Assembly: GCA_964515375.1 (NCBI GenBank)
Contig: CAZERF010000006.1
Location: forward strand, 16,133 to 80,132
Direction: 5' to 3'
Source of the DNA: an uncultured Candidatus Saccharibacteria bacterium
GTDB lineage: Bacteria; Patescibacteriota; Minisyncoccia; Phycocordibacterales; UBA6899
Length of the DNA stretch: 64,000 nucleotides
Shown here: piece by piece, positions 49,131-58,371 of the stretch
Layout of the letters: each line of letters begins with the position of its first letter
How positions within the stretch are numbered: the first letter of the stretch is position 1
Position numbers and translations under genes: made by a program
The notes under the pieces: generated by a model
Databases searched by the model: none
Told to the model about the DNA's origin: nothing
Seen by the model: only the letters and a program-made list of their open reading frames with translations

Positions 49131-49721
49131 ATGTCGCAAACTCTTCTTTCCGTCTTCGTGTCGATCAAAGACAAAGAATGCCATCCGAGGATGGGCACTA
49201 CGAATCTCTACTGGAAGGAATTTCCGGTATACAAAATGGAGGAAGGGTGGCGTGTTCACTTGGCAACGGAGTGGGAGAGTGTTGAATTCATCCAACTCCA
49301 CTCCGACATCGTCGAACGTTTGGCACACATCAATGGTAGCGCAACCCTTTGCCCCGCAAGCTACAGAAGTGAGGGTATCTACGAACTGCGCACCGCGCGA
49401 GTGGTGGTATTCAAGAATAATTCGCTGTGGCAAAACGTCGACATTACAGCGAAAAACATCGATGACCTGAAGGAACTCGTGGTCGCGATCCGCAACGGAA
49501 TGCCGCCCACGTACCCACTGAGTCGCCCCCAGAACGCCCCCTCCTACGAGCAGCTGCTTGCACAGACGAGGAACATGTCGGGGGCTCTCAACAGACTCAC
49601 CGAAGAGGCGGAGACAGCACTCAGGGTACTCAATGCCGCTCAGGAGATGATCCTGCAACAAGGCGAGGAGATCGCCGAACTCCGCAAGCTGGTCGCCAAG
49701 GCCAGCCAGAAAACGGCATGA
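49131..49721 (+). CDS. Hypothetical protein (196 aa) with a C-terminal coiled-coil
   Basis: Own promoter TTGACT-17-TAGTAT with a ~110-nt structured leader. SD GGAGAA. Terminator at 49745-49778. Confidence 0.5.
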   Translation: MSQTLLSVFVSIKDKECHPRMGTTNLYWKEFPVYKMEEGWRVHLATEWESVEFIQLHSDIVERLAHINGSATLCPASYRSEGIYELRTARVVVFKNNSLWQNVDITAKNIDDLKELVVAIRNGMPPTYPLSRPQNAPSYEQLLAQTRNMSGALNRLTEEAETALRVLNAAQEMILQQGEEIAELRKLVAKASQKTA

Positions 49722-49949
49722 TCGCTCTCACGTAGAGCAACACGAGCCCAACACACGTTGGGCTCTTTCTTTTTGTATTTGCAAAAAACCGTGAGGCACA
49801 CGGTGAAGACTTGAACCGAAGCGGTATTCCCATCCTCTCAATATTTTCGAAGTAATGCGATGTGCTGGACAGAGGCAGTATCGTGGAGACGTGGGTCTTC
49901 TACGTCGACTCGATCTGCCGAAGGAAGCACAAGCAGGACTCGAAAATAT

Positions 49950-50627
49950 TCAGAGGATATATTTGCCGTGGATGTCATCGCGGATGACTTTCCCATTCTC
50001 CATCGTCACCACTCTCTTCTTGAGTGCATCGATGATGCCCTTGTTGTGCGTGGTCAAGATGACCGTCGTCCCCATGTCGTTGATCTTCTTTAGGATCTGA
50101 ATGATGTCGTAAGTGTTCACGGGATCAAGATTGCCCGTCGGTTCATCGGCAATGAGCACGTCCGGCTGAGAAATGATCGCACGGGCGATCGCGACACGCT
50201 GCTTCTCCCCTCCCGAAAGCTCTCCCGGAAAATGAAGTGCCTTCGAAGAAAGGTCGACAAGCTCGAGGACCTGGGGCACATCAGCACGGATCTCTTCGTC
50301 GCTCCGCCCCGCCGCTTCCATTGCAAAAGCGATGTTCTCGTATGCGGTTTTGTTGGGAAGAAGGCGAAAATCCTGAAACACGGTCCCGATGCGTCGACGA
50401 TACTCGGGGACATGATGCGACTTGATCCGGTGAATATTGGTAGACTCAAAAAAGACGGCGCCGGAGGTCGGGCGATCCTCGGCAAGGAGGATGCGCAGAA
50501 GCGTGGTCTTGCCCGCTCCGGAATGTCCGACAATGGAAAGGAACTCTCCGGGCTCGATACCGAAGGTCACATCGGCGAGCGCCGCATGGTCAGAGTAGAG
50601 TTTTGTGACATTATCGAAATAGATCAT
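49950..50627 (-). CDS. ftsE: Cell-division ABC transporter ATP-binding protein FtsE
   Basis: GHSGAGKTT, LSGGEKQR, and the FtsE-length ABC domain. Confidence 0.85.
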   Translation of the reverse strand: MIYFDNVTKLYSDHAALADVTFGIEPGEFLSIVGHSGAGKTTLLRILLAEDRPTSGAVFFESTNIHRIKSHHVPEYRRRIGTVFQDFRLLPNKTAYENIAFAMEAAGRSDEEIRADVPQVLELVDLSSKALHFPGELSGGEKQRVAIARAIISQPDVLIADEPTGNLDPVNTYDIIQILKKINDMGTTVILTTHNKGIIDALKKRVVTMENGKVIRDDIHGKYIL

Positions 50628-50669
50628 AGGTAGTAGGTAGTAGGTAGTAGGTAGTAGGTAGTAGGTAGT
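50628..50669. repeat. Perfect heptanucleotide microsatellite (AGGTAGT)x6, read as ACTACCT x6 on the ftsE-coding strand
   Basis: Counted directly. It abuts the ftsE ATG. Confidence 0.9.
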
Positions 50670-50750
50670 TTCCGCTACGAGAAAATTATATCACGGATCA
50701 ACACGATGTAAAAAAAACGGAAAAGAATATCGCGCGAACAATCAGGTGCA

Positions 50751-51629
50751 CTACAACCCAAGCGCCTTCTCCGCTTCGATGAATTCGTCGAGTTCTCCGC
50801 GCTCAAGCACCGCGTCTACCTTTGCGGTCTCGACATCGGTACGATGATCCTTGACCATCTTGTATGGATGAAGCACGTATGAGCGGATCTGACTCCCCCA
50901 CTCCACCTTGGTGGTCTTGGAAACATACAGCTTCTCCTTTTCTTCATCGGAGAGTGATTCAGTCGCATGGAAAACCTTCGCGGCGAGAAGCTCGAGCGCG
51001 CGTTCGCGATTCTGGAGTTGTGAGCGCTCGGAAGAAACGTGAACCGCAATGCCGGTCGGCTCATGGATTGCGCGCACGGCGGTCTCGCGCTTGTTCACAT
51101 TCTGCCCTCCCGCTCCGCCGGACTTCGCAAACTCGAGGCGCACTTCCGCTTCGGGGAGCGTGGCGATCTCGCCCTTCTTGAACTTGGGAATGACCTCCAC
51201 CATCGAAAAGGATGTCTGACGTTTCGCATTGGCATTAAAGGGAGAGATGCGCACCAGACGATGGACGCCGCTCTCACCCTTCAATTCTCCAAAAGACGAC
51301 TTACCGACCACCTCAAACGTCAAACTTCGATATCCTCCGTGATCGTTCTCGTTCTCGTTCAAAACCTCGTAGCCCCATCCGCGGCGCTCGCAAAATTTGA
51401 AATACATGCGCGCGAGCATCGCCGAAAAATCTTCCGCGTCATCGCCTCCCGCTCCCGAGAAGATGGTCACAACGGCGTTGGCCTTGTCGTACTTTCCTTC
51501 ACCCTCTGCGACCGTCTTCAATTCCTGCAATTCTTTGATCATCGCCTGTGCCTTGTCCTTGTCCGCCCAGAAATCAGGCGACATCATGGCCTCTTCTATA
51601 GTGGCGATCCGTGCTTGTGTCTCGTCCAT
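50751..51629 (-). CDS. prfB: Peptide chain release factor 2 (short form lacking most of domain 1)
   Basis: SPF tripeptide and GGQ motif ([11 protein letters not shown]). Start chosen at MDETQ. The upstream GTG-initiated extension (to 51734) translates to an implausible FFWFWSFF sequence. Confidence 0.7.
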   Translation of the reverse strand: MDETQARIATIEEAMMSPDFWADKDKAQAMIKELQELKTVAEGEGKYDKANAVVTIFSGAGGDDAEDFSAMLARMYFKFCERRGWGYEVLNENENDHGGYRSLTFEVVGKSSFGELKGESGVHRLVRISPFNANAKRQTSFSMVEVIPKFKKGEIATLPEAEVRLEFAKSGGAGGQNVNKRETAVRAIHEPTGIAVHVSSERSQLQNRERALELLAAKVFHATESLSDEEKEKLYVSKTTKVEWGSQIRSYVLHPYKMVKDHRTDVETAKVDAVLERGELDEFIEAEKALGL

Positions 51630-51730
51630 GTCCTCGATACTACCACGCGACGAAAAGAACGACCAGAACCAAAAGAAAGACCGCGACGTAGCTGGCGTCG
51701 CGGTCGTTATTTCAGAAGAAAGCACACTGT

Positions 51731-53206
51731 TCACTTCTCCATTTGCGTGTCTTCAAGGTAATCAAGAAACTCCAAGAACTTATCGGCATATCCCGGGGTC
51801 TCACCGTTGAGACGTTTGCCGTATGTGGTGTAGGAGCGCTTGCCGGGGCGCACAACACGAACCTTTTTCGACAAACTCAAGGAGCGAGGGAGCACAATAT
51901 CGACGGCCTCCGCGTCCGGATGCTTCTCGTGAACCTTGCGAAAGAGCTCTCGTGCCCAACGTGGACCTCCGTTGTATGCGGCGATCAAGTAGATACCGCC
52001 GAGTACCGGGTTGCGCAAGTAGAGCTCGTGCGTTTCGGGAAGACCCGCAAGATTGAGGTCGAGGAGACACATGGCCGCCTTCCCCGCGTTGCGAAAATCC
52101 CGCACACCGCTCTCGTACGACGGATCGAGTCCCGCATTCGGGCACATACGCACGACAGTGTCGTAAGTCGGCACATTCCGCGAGTTCATGAACTGCCATG
52201 CACCCGATGCCCCCGCGGAAGAAACGCTGTACGCATTCCCCTCTCCACGATTGAGCGCGTAAACAACAAGCGCTCCTTCGATGGTGTCCCGACGCGCAAA
52301 CTCAACACACGACCGACGCTTCACTTCCATGATGATCGCGGGGTCAATACGCGGATTCTCGTCATCGCCCTCCTCGATCCCGGCACACGCGATGTTCCCG
52401 TTGTACTGTCCTTGATCCATGTGTTCGATCACAGGAACCGACATAAGGACTTCCGGCGGGATGATCTCGGTCAAACGACGCCCCGGAAACGCATGAGATG
52501 CCACATTGCGCGCATCCAGATCCGCGCGGATCGCTTCCGCCTCCGCAAAGAGCCACGTAAGCGCGATGCGATCGAGACCGATTCCGTGAAAGTCGGGATG
52601 ATCGGGAGTAAGGTCGACATATTCCATCCCGAGTCGCATCGCGGAAGGGTCTCCCAAATTGAACGCGCGCGAAGCAAATCGCACGTGCTTCACTCGGTAC
52701 ACCGTAAGCGGACGACCGTGCAAAGAAAGGCTGACCGAAAGACGACTCACGCCAAATCCGGATCCGGGGACTCGTGTCGCAACATACCCGCCCTCGGTGA
52801 TCGGAATGATCGAAAAGCGCTGTTCTCGCCATGCGGGAGAGCGCGTCCAATCATCACGAGAAAAATGAGTCATCCGCGCGATGACGGTATGCCATTTCCC
52901 TTCTTCCTCGTCATACGCGCAAAGCGCGAGAGGTCGCAAGACAACACGACCGTTCCGAGAGACCACCAGTTCAGGAGAAAGCGAGACTGCTCGACACAAC
53001 TCGGTCGCCTCTTTCACCAGACGGACCGCGCGTTCCGCTTCCGACTCCTTCTTCTGTTCCGTTTCGTACGCGAGAGATTCTTCAGGCAGGATCGACGAAA
53101 CATTCGATAACTGAGAAGCGGGTGGCGGCAACGCACACCCGTTGAGAAAGATCGATACAAAAAGCGCGACCGCAAACACACGACAAAAAACGACACACAT
53201 GTTCAA
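51731..53206 (-). CDS. Lipoprotein with a C-terminal lytic transglycosylase (SLT) domain
   Basis: Lipobox FLNGC. SLT signature [19 protein letters not shown]. Confidence 0.55.
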   Translation of the reverse strand: MNMCVVFCRVFAVALFVSIFLNGCALPPPASQLSNVSSILPEESLAYETEQKKESEAERAVRLVKEATELCRAVSLSPELVVSRNGRVVLRPLALCAYDEEEGKWHTVIARMTHFSRDDWTRSPAWREQRFSIIPITEGGYVATRVPGSGFGVSRLSVSLSLHGRPLTVYRVKHVRFASRAFNLGDPSAMRLGMEYVDLTPDHPDFHGIGLDRIALTWLFAEAEAIRADLDARNVASHAFPGRRLTEIIPPEVLMSVPVIEHMDQGQYNGNIACAGIEEGDDENPRIDPAIIMEVKRRSCVEFARRDTIEGALVVYALNRGEGNAYSVSSAGASGAWQFMNSRNVPTYDTVVRMCPNAGLDPSYESGVRDFRNAGKAAMCLLDLNLAGLPETHELYLRNPVLGGIYLIAAYNGGPRWARELFRKVHEKHPDAEAVDIVLPRSLSLSKKVRVVRPGKRSYTTYGKRLNGETPGYADKFLEFLDYLEDTQMEK

Positions 53207-53336
53207 GTTCCTCCAAAAAAAATGAACAATCCACTTCTCAGGGTAGCGGAATGACAGAAAAAATCAAATAACAAAAACCCGCGAAGCCGGAGGCACTGTG
53301 CCTCCGCTTCGCGGGTCAAAAAACAAAAAGAACTGC

Positions 53337-55940
53337 TCAATCAGGATCGGAAGAGATCTGCTCCTCATCGGAAAGCGGAGGTCCTTCGATCTCATCGGGC
53401 ATCACCAGTGCATTGTTCAACTCCTCAAGAAGCACCGGATCGGTTGTCACATCGAACGGATCAACAACGATCGGCAGTTCAAGCCCCGATTCCTCCTGAA
53501 GAGACAGCTTCTTGCGATGCTCCCATTCAAGCAAGACACCGTCCTGATATATCGGACGGAACGCATTGCCCGGCTGAAGAAGCCCGCGTTTCTCTTGCAA
53601 GAACTTCAGGACCGTCGCCGCGGCGTGTGTCCAATTCCGTCCGCCAGTCTCGGCGGCTTGTCCTCCTCCGAGTCGCCCGCGTGTTCCGAGCGCGTGATCT
53701 TTCGAGTCTTTTCCCATCCAGAAGAGAAGCATCACACCCTGTTCCGGATGTGCGGCCGGTCCGGGTACATAGAGGATAAGCCACACATCGGAAGTGCGAC
53801 CGTCCGCGTTGGTTGCCGTGCCGGTCTTGCCCGCGATCTGCCCCGATGTTTCTTCAGGGAAAACGATCACGCGCGCGTCCCGCTCTTTCTTGGAGAGCTT
53901 CCACACTTCACTCCCCAGAGGGTCGAGAAACGGGATCACCCCACGACGCAACGACTTCACCGTGCCGTAAGAATCTTCCACCGGCCCTCGAAGCACTTCG
54001 GTCATGACGAGCGATACCGCAGGATGAAGGACACGTTCGGGAACATTCCGACGCTCCCCCTTCAGGTCGCACGGAAGAGGTATCCCGTTCTCGTCCTTCG
54101 AAAGTAGCGAGCGTCCGTCCTTGCAGAGATCATTCACATAACGAGGAGTGACCTTGTACCCTCCATTCAGAAAGGCGATCGTCCCCGCCATGCCAAGCGG
54201 ATTGATCTCCGACGCGCCGATCGCGGTGGTCGGATAGGGTTGAAGCGGATGCTTCTCGTCCTTTGGCATACCAAGACGATGCGCAAGCTCAATGATGTTC
54301 TTGATCCCCGCCTGCTGTCCCGCACGGATCGCCGCGGTATTCTGCGAACGACCGAGCGCTTCGACGCACGTCATCATCCCCCAATAGCGCGGAGTCTTTG
54401 CGTTGCGCGAATGGAAGTTTTGGATGATATGCACTCCGCGACCACGACCGAGTGAGACACCGACGGGCGCATCGAGTACACGACACGACCGCAACGCCTC
54501 TTCAGTCAACGCATCGAGCGTGCTCGGCGACTTTTCAGACGCAAGCAACTTTGTGACAAGATGTTCGGCCAATCCTCCATAAGTAAAGATCTTGAACGTC
54601 GATCCGGGCTGGCGGTGCCCCTGACGGATAACGTTGTACTTGAAGCGGGAAAAATCGATATTCCCCACCTCGGCGAGTACCGCTCCGTCAAAACGCACTG
54701 CGATCGCGGCGGCACGCAGATGCGCGTTGTCCGGATCGTTCGGATACCGCGCAAGGTGAGTACGCACCGCACCTGAAACAGCATTCGTAAGTGCTTCCTG
54801 CAACTCATCGTCTCGCGTGACCGCAAGTGTCAGTCCTCCCGTATTGAGCGGAAACCGATCGGCATACGACACGCGCACGCTTTCAAGGAAATAATCACGC
54901 ACCCCACATCCGGCCGACGGCATGATGATCTCGTTCCGCAGATCGTTGTCGATCGCGTCGGACGCACGCGCAAATTCAAGCGACGAGATATACCCGTCCT
55001 CAAACATGCGCTCAAGCACACGTCGTGTGCCCGCGGCAACTTCTCCCCAATTCCCTTCGCGGATCGTCTGCGGCGGACCCCCGACCCGAAGAACCATCTT
55101 GCGGTCGGGAAGTGCCGGCTTGTTGATGAGCGAGGCAATGAAGGCAGCCTGATGAAGCGACAACTGAGGCGCGGAACGCCCAAAGTATGAACGGCTTGCC
55201 GACTCGACACCATACTGACCACGACCAAAATACGGCATATTCGCGTAACGCAAGAGGAGTTGTTCCTTGGTAAAGACTCGCTCCAAACGCAAGGCAGTGA
55301 CGATGTCTTGCAATTTCTCTTCTTTCGTCGAACGACGTCCTACCCCGTTCCGCAATTCCTTTCCAACCTGCATCGTGATCGTTGAGGCGCCGGAGGAACT
55401 TTCCCCGATGAGCGTCTTGAACGCGGCGCGATAGATCGCACGCATGTCAACGCCGTCATGTTCCCAAAACGATTTATCTTCCGAGGCAACAAGTGCGTAT
55501 CGAAAGTATGGCGGTATCTCCTCAAAGGTCTCGAACTTGATCCGATGTTCCGGAGAAGAGATACACGACATGCGCGTACTTCCGTCCGCGCCGAAGATCT
55601 CGGTCTGTTCGGCGTAATACCTTGGATCGCGGAGCTTGGTGGGCACAAAACGATCGGTGCCAACATGTCGATCAACAAATTCAGGATATGCAAGATCCAG
55701 CACGTTGATCAATTCCGGTGCGTAAAGTCCGCCCAAAAGCACGGAAACAAAAACAGCAAAGACAACCCCGAGCGAGACAAAGACCCAACGAAATAATGAT
55801 CTGAAAAATCGCAAAACCCCCCGAAGAATTTTTCCGACAAACGTCCAGAGTCCGCGAAGCAGTCGCATCGGATGATACCGGCGACGCTCCTTCCCTTCTC
55901 GGCGTTCCAAAGTTCCCTCTTCATGACGCGAAGCGCCCAT
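53337..55940 (-). CDS. Class A penicillin-binding protein (PBP1A-type transglycosylase-transpeptidase) with N- and C-terminal extensions
   Basis: Glycosyltransferase motifs (EDKSFWEHDGVD; RFEQ-like), transpeptidase STFK, SRN and KTGT. Confidence 0.85.
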   Translation of the reverse strand: MGASRHEEGTLERREGKERRRYHPMRLLRGLWTFVGKILRGVLRFFRSLFRWVFVSLGVVFAVFVSVLLGGLYAPELINVLDLAYPEFVDRHVGTDRFVPTKLRDPRYYAEQTEIFGADGSTRMSCISSPEHRIKFETFEEIPPYFRYALVASEDKSFWEHDGVDMRAIYRAAFKTLIGESSSGASTITMQVGKELRNGVGRRSTKEEKLQDIVTALRLERVFTKEQLLLRYANMPYFGRGQYGVESASRSYFGRSAPQLSLHQAAFIASLINKPALPDRKMVLRVGGPPQTIREGNWGEVAAGTRRVLERMFEDGYISSLEFARASDAIDNDLRNEIIMPSAGCGVRDYFLESVRVSYADRFPLNTGGLTLAVTRDDELQEALTNAVSGAVRTHLARYPNDPDNAHLRAAAIAVRFDGAVLAEVGNIDFSRFKYNVIRQGHRQPGSTFKIFTYGGLAEHLVTKLLASEKSPSTLDALTEEALRSCRVLDAPVGVSLGRGRGVHIIQNFHSRNAKTPRYWGMMTCVEALGRSQNTAAIRAGQQAGIKNIIELAHRLGMPKDEKHPLQPYPTTAIGASEINPLGMAGTIAFLNGGYKVTPRYVNDLCKDGRSLLSKDENGIPLPCDLKGERRNVPERVLHPAVSLVMTEVLRGPVEDSYGTVKSLRRGVIPFLDPLGSEVWKLSKKERDARVIVFPEETSGQIAGKTGTATNADGRTSDVWLILYVPGPAAHPEQGVMLLFWMGKDSKDHALGTRGRLGGGQAAETGGRNWTHAAATVLKFLQEKRGLLQPGNAFRPIYQDGVLLEWEHRKKLSLQEESGLELPIVVDPFDVTTDPVLLEELNNALVMPDEIEGPPLSDEEQISSDPD

Positions 55941-56024
55941 GATAGCTCTCCTTATGTGAGCAATTTTTAAAAAACCAGTCCAAAGAATATCCTAGCCGTT
56001 GCACCGGCTTTTGCAAGCGAAAGA

Positions 56025-56717
56025 TCAGTACGCCTTCTGGAGGTACGCCGTCACCGTGCGCCGCTTGAACGCTTTGCCGTCTTTCATGTGTTTGTGCGAA
56101 CGCTCGATCTTGCAGACCTCAAAATAGGGTTCAAAATGCTCGCGGAGTGAACGCTCGGTCCACACATGCTCCGCAACTCCCATTTCGGGATGAATATAAG
56201 TATCCTCCTCCTGCGCGGGACTCTCCTTAAGCAAGCGCTTCACATGAAGATCTTTCTCGGCAAGAAATGATTTGAAGAAAAGCCACCCTTCGGGGCGCAA
56301 CACACGCAACACCTCATCGCGAAGAGTTTCGCGAGCCTTCGCGTCAAGAAAATGCGAGGTCATCATGTCGAGAACGATGGTCACGGACGAGTCGGGAAGA
56401 TCGAGCAATCCTTCGATCGAACGAACGGCATACACGATCGGCAATTCTTTCGAGGCCACTTCCGCCTGCTTTACCGCTTCACTCGAGATATCATACCCTT
56501 CTCCTCGCATGCCATACGTCTTCGCGAGATAAATGAGATTACGCCCGTTACCCGAACCGAGATCAAGCGCCTTCGTTGTGACGTTCAAAAAACGCTTGCC
56601 ATAATTGCGCTCAAGCCAACGGCAGAACTTCTCGAGGTCCTCGGCGGGCTCATCGGACAGACGAAGATGTTTTGCGGTGCGATATTCATTGTTCCAAAAC
56701 TGCTGGTGCTTTGACAT
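56025..56717 (-). CDS. Class I SAM-dependent methyltransferase
   Basis: LDLGSGNGRNLIYLA is motif I. Confidence 0.75.
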   Translation of the reverse strand: MSKHQQFWNNEYRTAKHLRLSDEPAEDLEKFCRWLERNYGKRFLNVTTKALDLGSGNGRNLIYLAKTYGMRGEGYDISSEAVKQAEVASKELPIVYAVRSIEGLLDLPDSSVTIVLDMMTSHFLDAKARETLRDEVLRVLRPEGWLFFKSFLAEKDLHVKRLLKESPAQEEDTYIHPEMGVAEHVWTERSLREHFEPYFEVCKIERSHKHMKDGKAFKRRTVTAYLQKAY

Positions 56718-56765
56718 AAACGCATGATAGCGTGTTTTCCTTTTTCCGCAATGGAGTGAGAGAAA

Positions 56766-56850
56766 CCTTTGGAGCCGTTGCCCGTGGATTCCACCAGGGA
56801 CCTTCTTGTTATGGGTGATCGGCTTCGCAGTGAAAGTGAGACCTTCAAAC
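56766..56850 (-). pseudogene. Degenerate tRNA-Thr-like element. Acceptor and 3' half are as in tRNA-Thr(GGU); the D-arm is deleted.
   Basis: Reverse complement ends …GGUCCCUGGUGGAAUCCACGGGCAACGGCUCCA, matching the 3' end of the tRNA-Thr(GGU) gene at 57922-57997. No D-arm and an unpaired anticodon stem. It shares the flank aaacctttggagcc with the adjacent intact tRNA. Confidence 0.35.
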
Positions 56851-56853
56851 CTT

Positions 56854-56929
56854 TGGAGCCAGAGCCCGGGATTGAACCGGGGACCTTCTCGTTACGAGTG
56901 AGACGCTCTACCAACTGAGCTACTCTGGC
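56854..56929 (-). tRNA. tRNA-Thr (anticodon CGU), with CCA encoded
   Basis: Hand-folded cloverleaf GCCAGAG-UA-GCUC…GAGC-G-UCUCA-CUCGUAA-CGAGA-AGGUC-CCCGG-UUCAAUC-CCGGG-CUCUGGC-U-CCA. Confidence 0.8.
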
Positions 56930-56965
56930 CTATAAACATATATTCAATTACATCTCTCATCTCCC

Positions 56966-57031
56966 GCCTCGTCCCACTCGCAACGAGTGAGCCGGCTGAG
57001 TACTTTTCTTGCCAACTCCGCTACTCTCCCC
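56966..57031 (-). pseudogene. Second degenerate tRNA-Thr-like remnant (D-loop insertion, no T-arm)
   Basis: Reverse complement GGGGAGAGUAGCGGAGUUGG…CUCACUCGUUGCGAGUGGGACGAGG aligns to the 5' two-thirds of tRNA-Thr(CGU), including the anticodon loop. Confidence 0.3.
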
Positions 57032-57149
57032 TACACACAGTACGTATTGGATTTTAAACACCCTCAACATAAGCCGAACGTGACCATTCTATACAAAATT
57101 AAGAAAAATGAAAAGGGGCCCAATGGACCCCTCGGAAACAGGATGGTAA

Positions 57150-57362
57150 TCACGGCACCTTGCGACCTTGGTCATCAATCCCATGGGAATGCTCAGGAAC
57201 TTCCACATCGTTCCCGTAATCATCGATCACATGCTCGCAGTGCGGACACCCGTCTTTTTTGCACTCCCCGCATTCGGGGTCGTCTTTTGCGTCAGAAACA
57301 CGCATCGCAAATGCCGAAAGGATCGAAGGAACCGACGGTTCCAAAAATTTGAGGTAGTTCAT
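57150..57362 (-). CDS. Small zinc-ribbon protein (70 aa; C-x2-C-x5-C-x2-C)
   Basis: SD GGAG 7 nt upstream of the ATG. PECGECKKDGCPHCEH. Confidence 0.4.
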   Translation of the reverse strand: MNYLKFLEPSVPSILSAFAMRVSDAKDDPECGECKKDGCPHCEHVIDDYGNDVEVPEHSHGIDDQGRKVP

Positions 57363-57432
57363 GAACTGCTCCTTAGAAAAGTACACCGGGAAAAATCCAT
57401 ACTGATAGTACTGCACCAACAAAAAATGTAAA

Positions 57433-57456
57433 GCAAACCGGCCTTTCGGCCGGTTT
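57433..57456 (-). terminator. Rho-independent terminator (aaccggcc-tttc-ggccggtt) serving the minus-strand ORF that ends at 57458
   Basis: Hairpin followed by a T-rich tract on the minus strand. Confidence 0.5.
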
Positions 57457-57457
57457 C

Positions 57458-57679
57458 TCAGTGCAATTGGAAACGTTTTATGTTCCGGTGCAACACCCTG
57501 CACATGTCCGGAAACGCAACGATCCACAGGAAGACAAAGAACAAAAACGCGAGAAGTCCAATTCCAGTCCAGCGAACGACGGCTCTTCCTTTACGCAGAG
57601 AACGCTCGGGCAAATAAGAGATGGTCCGCGTAATCGCGCGAAGTGAAAGTATCGATTCATTGTGAATATTGCGGCGCAT
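57458..57679 (-). CDS. Small membrane protein (73 aa)
   Basis: Strong SD GGGAGG 6 nt upstream. One transmembrane helix. Terminator immediately downstream. Confidence 0.35.
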   Translation of the reverse strand: MRRNIHNESILSLRAITRTISYLPERSLRKGRAVVRWTGIGLLAFLFFVFLWIVAFPDMCRVLHRNIKRFQLH

Positions 57680-57921
57680 AAGAAGCCTCCCCACTTGAAA
57701 AATACGATCTCTCCTGATGCTATACCTCGTGATATTTTTTGCAAATATTCGAGCAAACAAAAATGTGACCTTTAAGTTTCAAAAAAAAGAGCCAGGACAA
57801 CGCGGTTTGATTTACACAGAAGAACCTCAAAAAAATGATGGTCCCGTGAATTCTACATGAGAACCCTTGTCTTACTTGGCACGACTTCAGAGTAAAGTAC
57901 GAAAAAATATAAACCAAAAAT

Positions 57922-57997
57922 TGGAGCCGTTGCCCGGGATTGAACCGGGGACCTTCTCCTTACCATGGAGATGCTCTACCAGCTGAGCTACAACGGC
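57922..57997 (-). tRNA. tRNA-Thr (anticodon GGU), with CCA encoded
   Basis: GCCGUUG-UA-GCUC-AGCUGGUA-GAGC-A-UCUCC-AUGGUAA-GGAGA-AGGUC-CCCGG-UUCAAUC-CCGGG-CAACGGC-U-CCA. Confidence 0.8.
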
Positions 57998-58109
57998 AAT
58001 GACTGAACACGGCTATGGTACACCAGATCGACATTTCAATCAATAGAATGAACGGTGTGTGAAACACGAGGAAACACCTTTTTGAGGCAATCAACAAAAA
58101 AAAATTCCC

Positions 58110-58138
58110 TTGCATAAAATGTTAGATTCGCCTATAAT
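58110..58138 (+). promoter_or_regulatory. Strong sigma70 promoter (TTGCAT, 17-nt spacer, TATAAT) for the tRNA operon
   Basis: Seen in the sequence ~60 nt upstream of the initiator tRNA. Confidence 0.55.
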
Positions 58139-58199
58139 CCCAATATTCTTGTTTGGAAAGACTCATCGCTCAAGCAGAGGGTCCTGAAAACAAACACGA

Positions 58200-58270
58200 A
58201 GCGGGATGGAGGAGCGGTACCTCGTCAGGCTCATAACCTGAAGGCCCTGGTTCGATTCCAGGTCCCGCAA
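58200..58270 (+). tRNA. Initiator tRNA-Met (anticodon CAU, 1:72 mismatch)
   Basis: Close to the E. coli tRNA-fMet design: AGCGGGA-UG-GAGG-AGCGGUA-CCUC-G-UCAGG-CUCAUAA-CCUGA-AGGC-CCUGG-UUCGAUU-CCAGG-UCCCGCA-A. Position 1 A is unpaired with A72. Terminator at 58282-58316. Confidence 0.7.
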
Positions 58271-58371
58271 CATGAACAAAAGAACATCCCTCCAAGAGAG
58301 GGATGTTCTTTTGTTTGCGTGGAATAAAGAGGTATTGCCGTTTCTGAATTTTTTGCTATGATTCGTGCATT

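Noticed and set aside
51630-51734. Canonical prfB +1 programmed frameshift site (CUU UGA C) upstream of the RF2 core
   Set aside because: All frames were scanned by hand. Only UGG UAG U was found in the appropriate offset frame, and the preceding frame lacks a plausible start and RF2-like N-terminal peptide.
57458-57760. Longer 100-aa version of the small membrane ORF, and the competing ORF 57478-57756
   Set aside because: The internal Met at 57679 has a strong GGGAGG SD. The longer N-terminus and the alternative frame lack RBSs and look like read-through.
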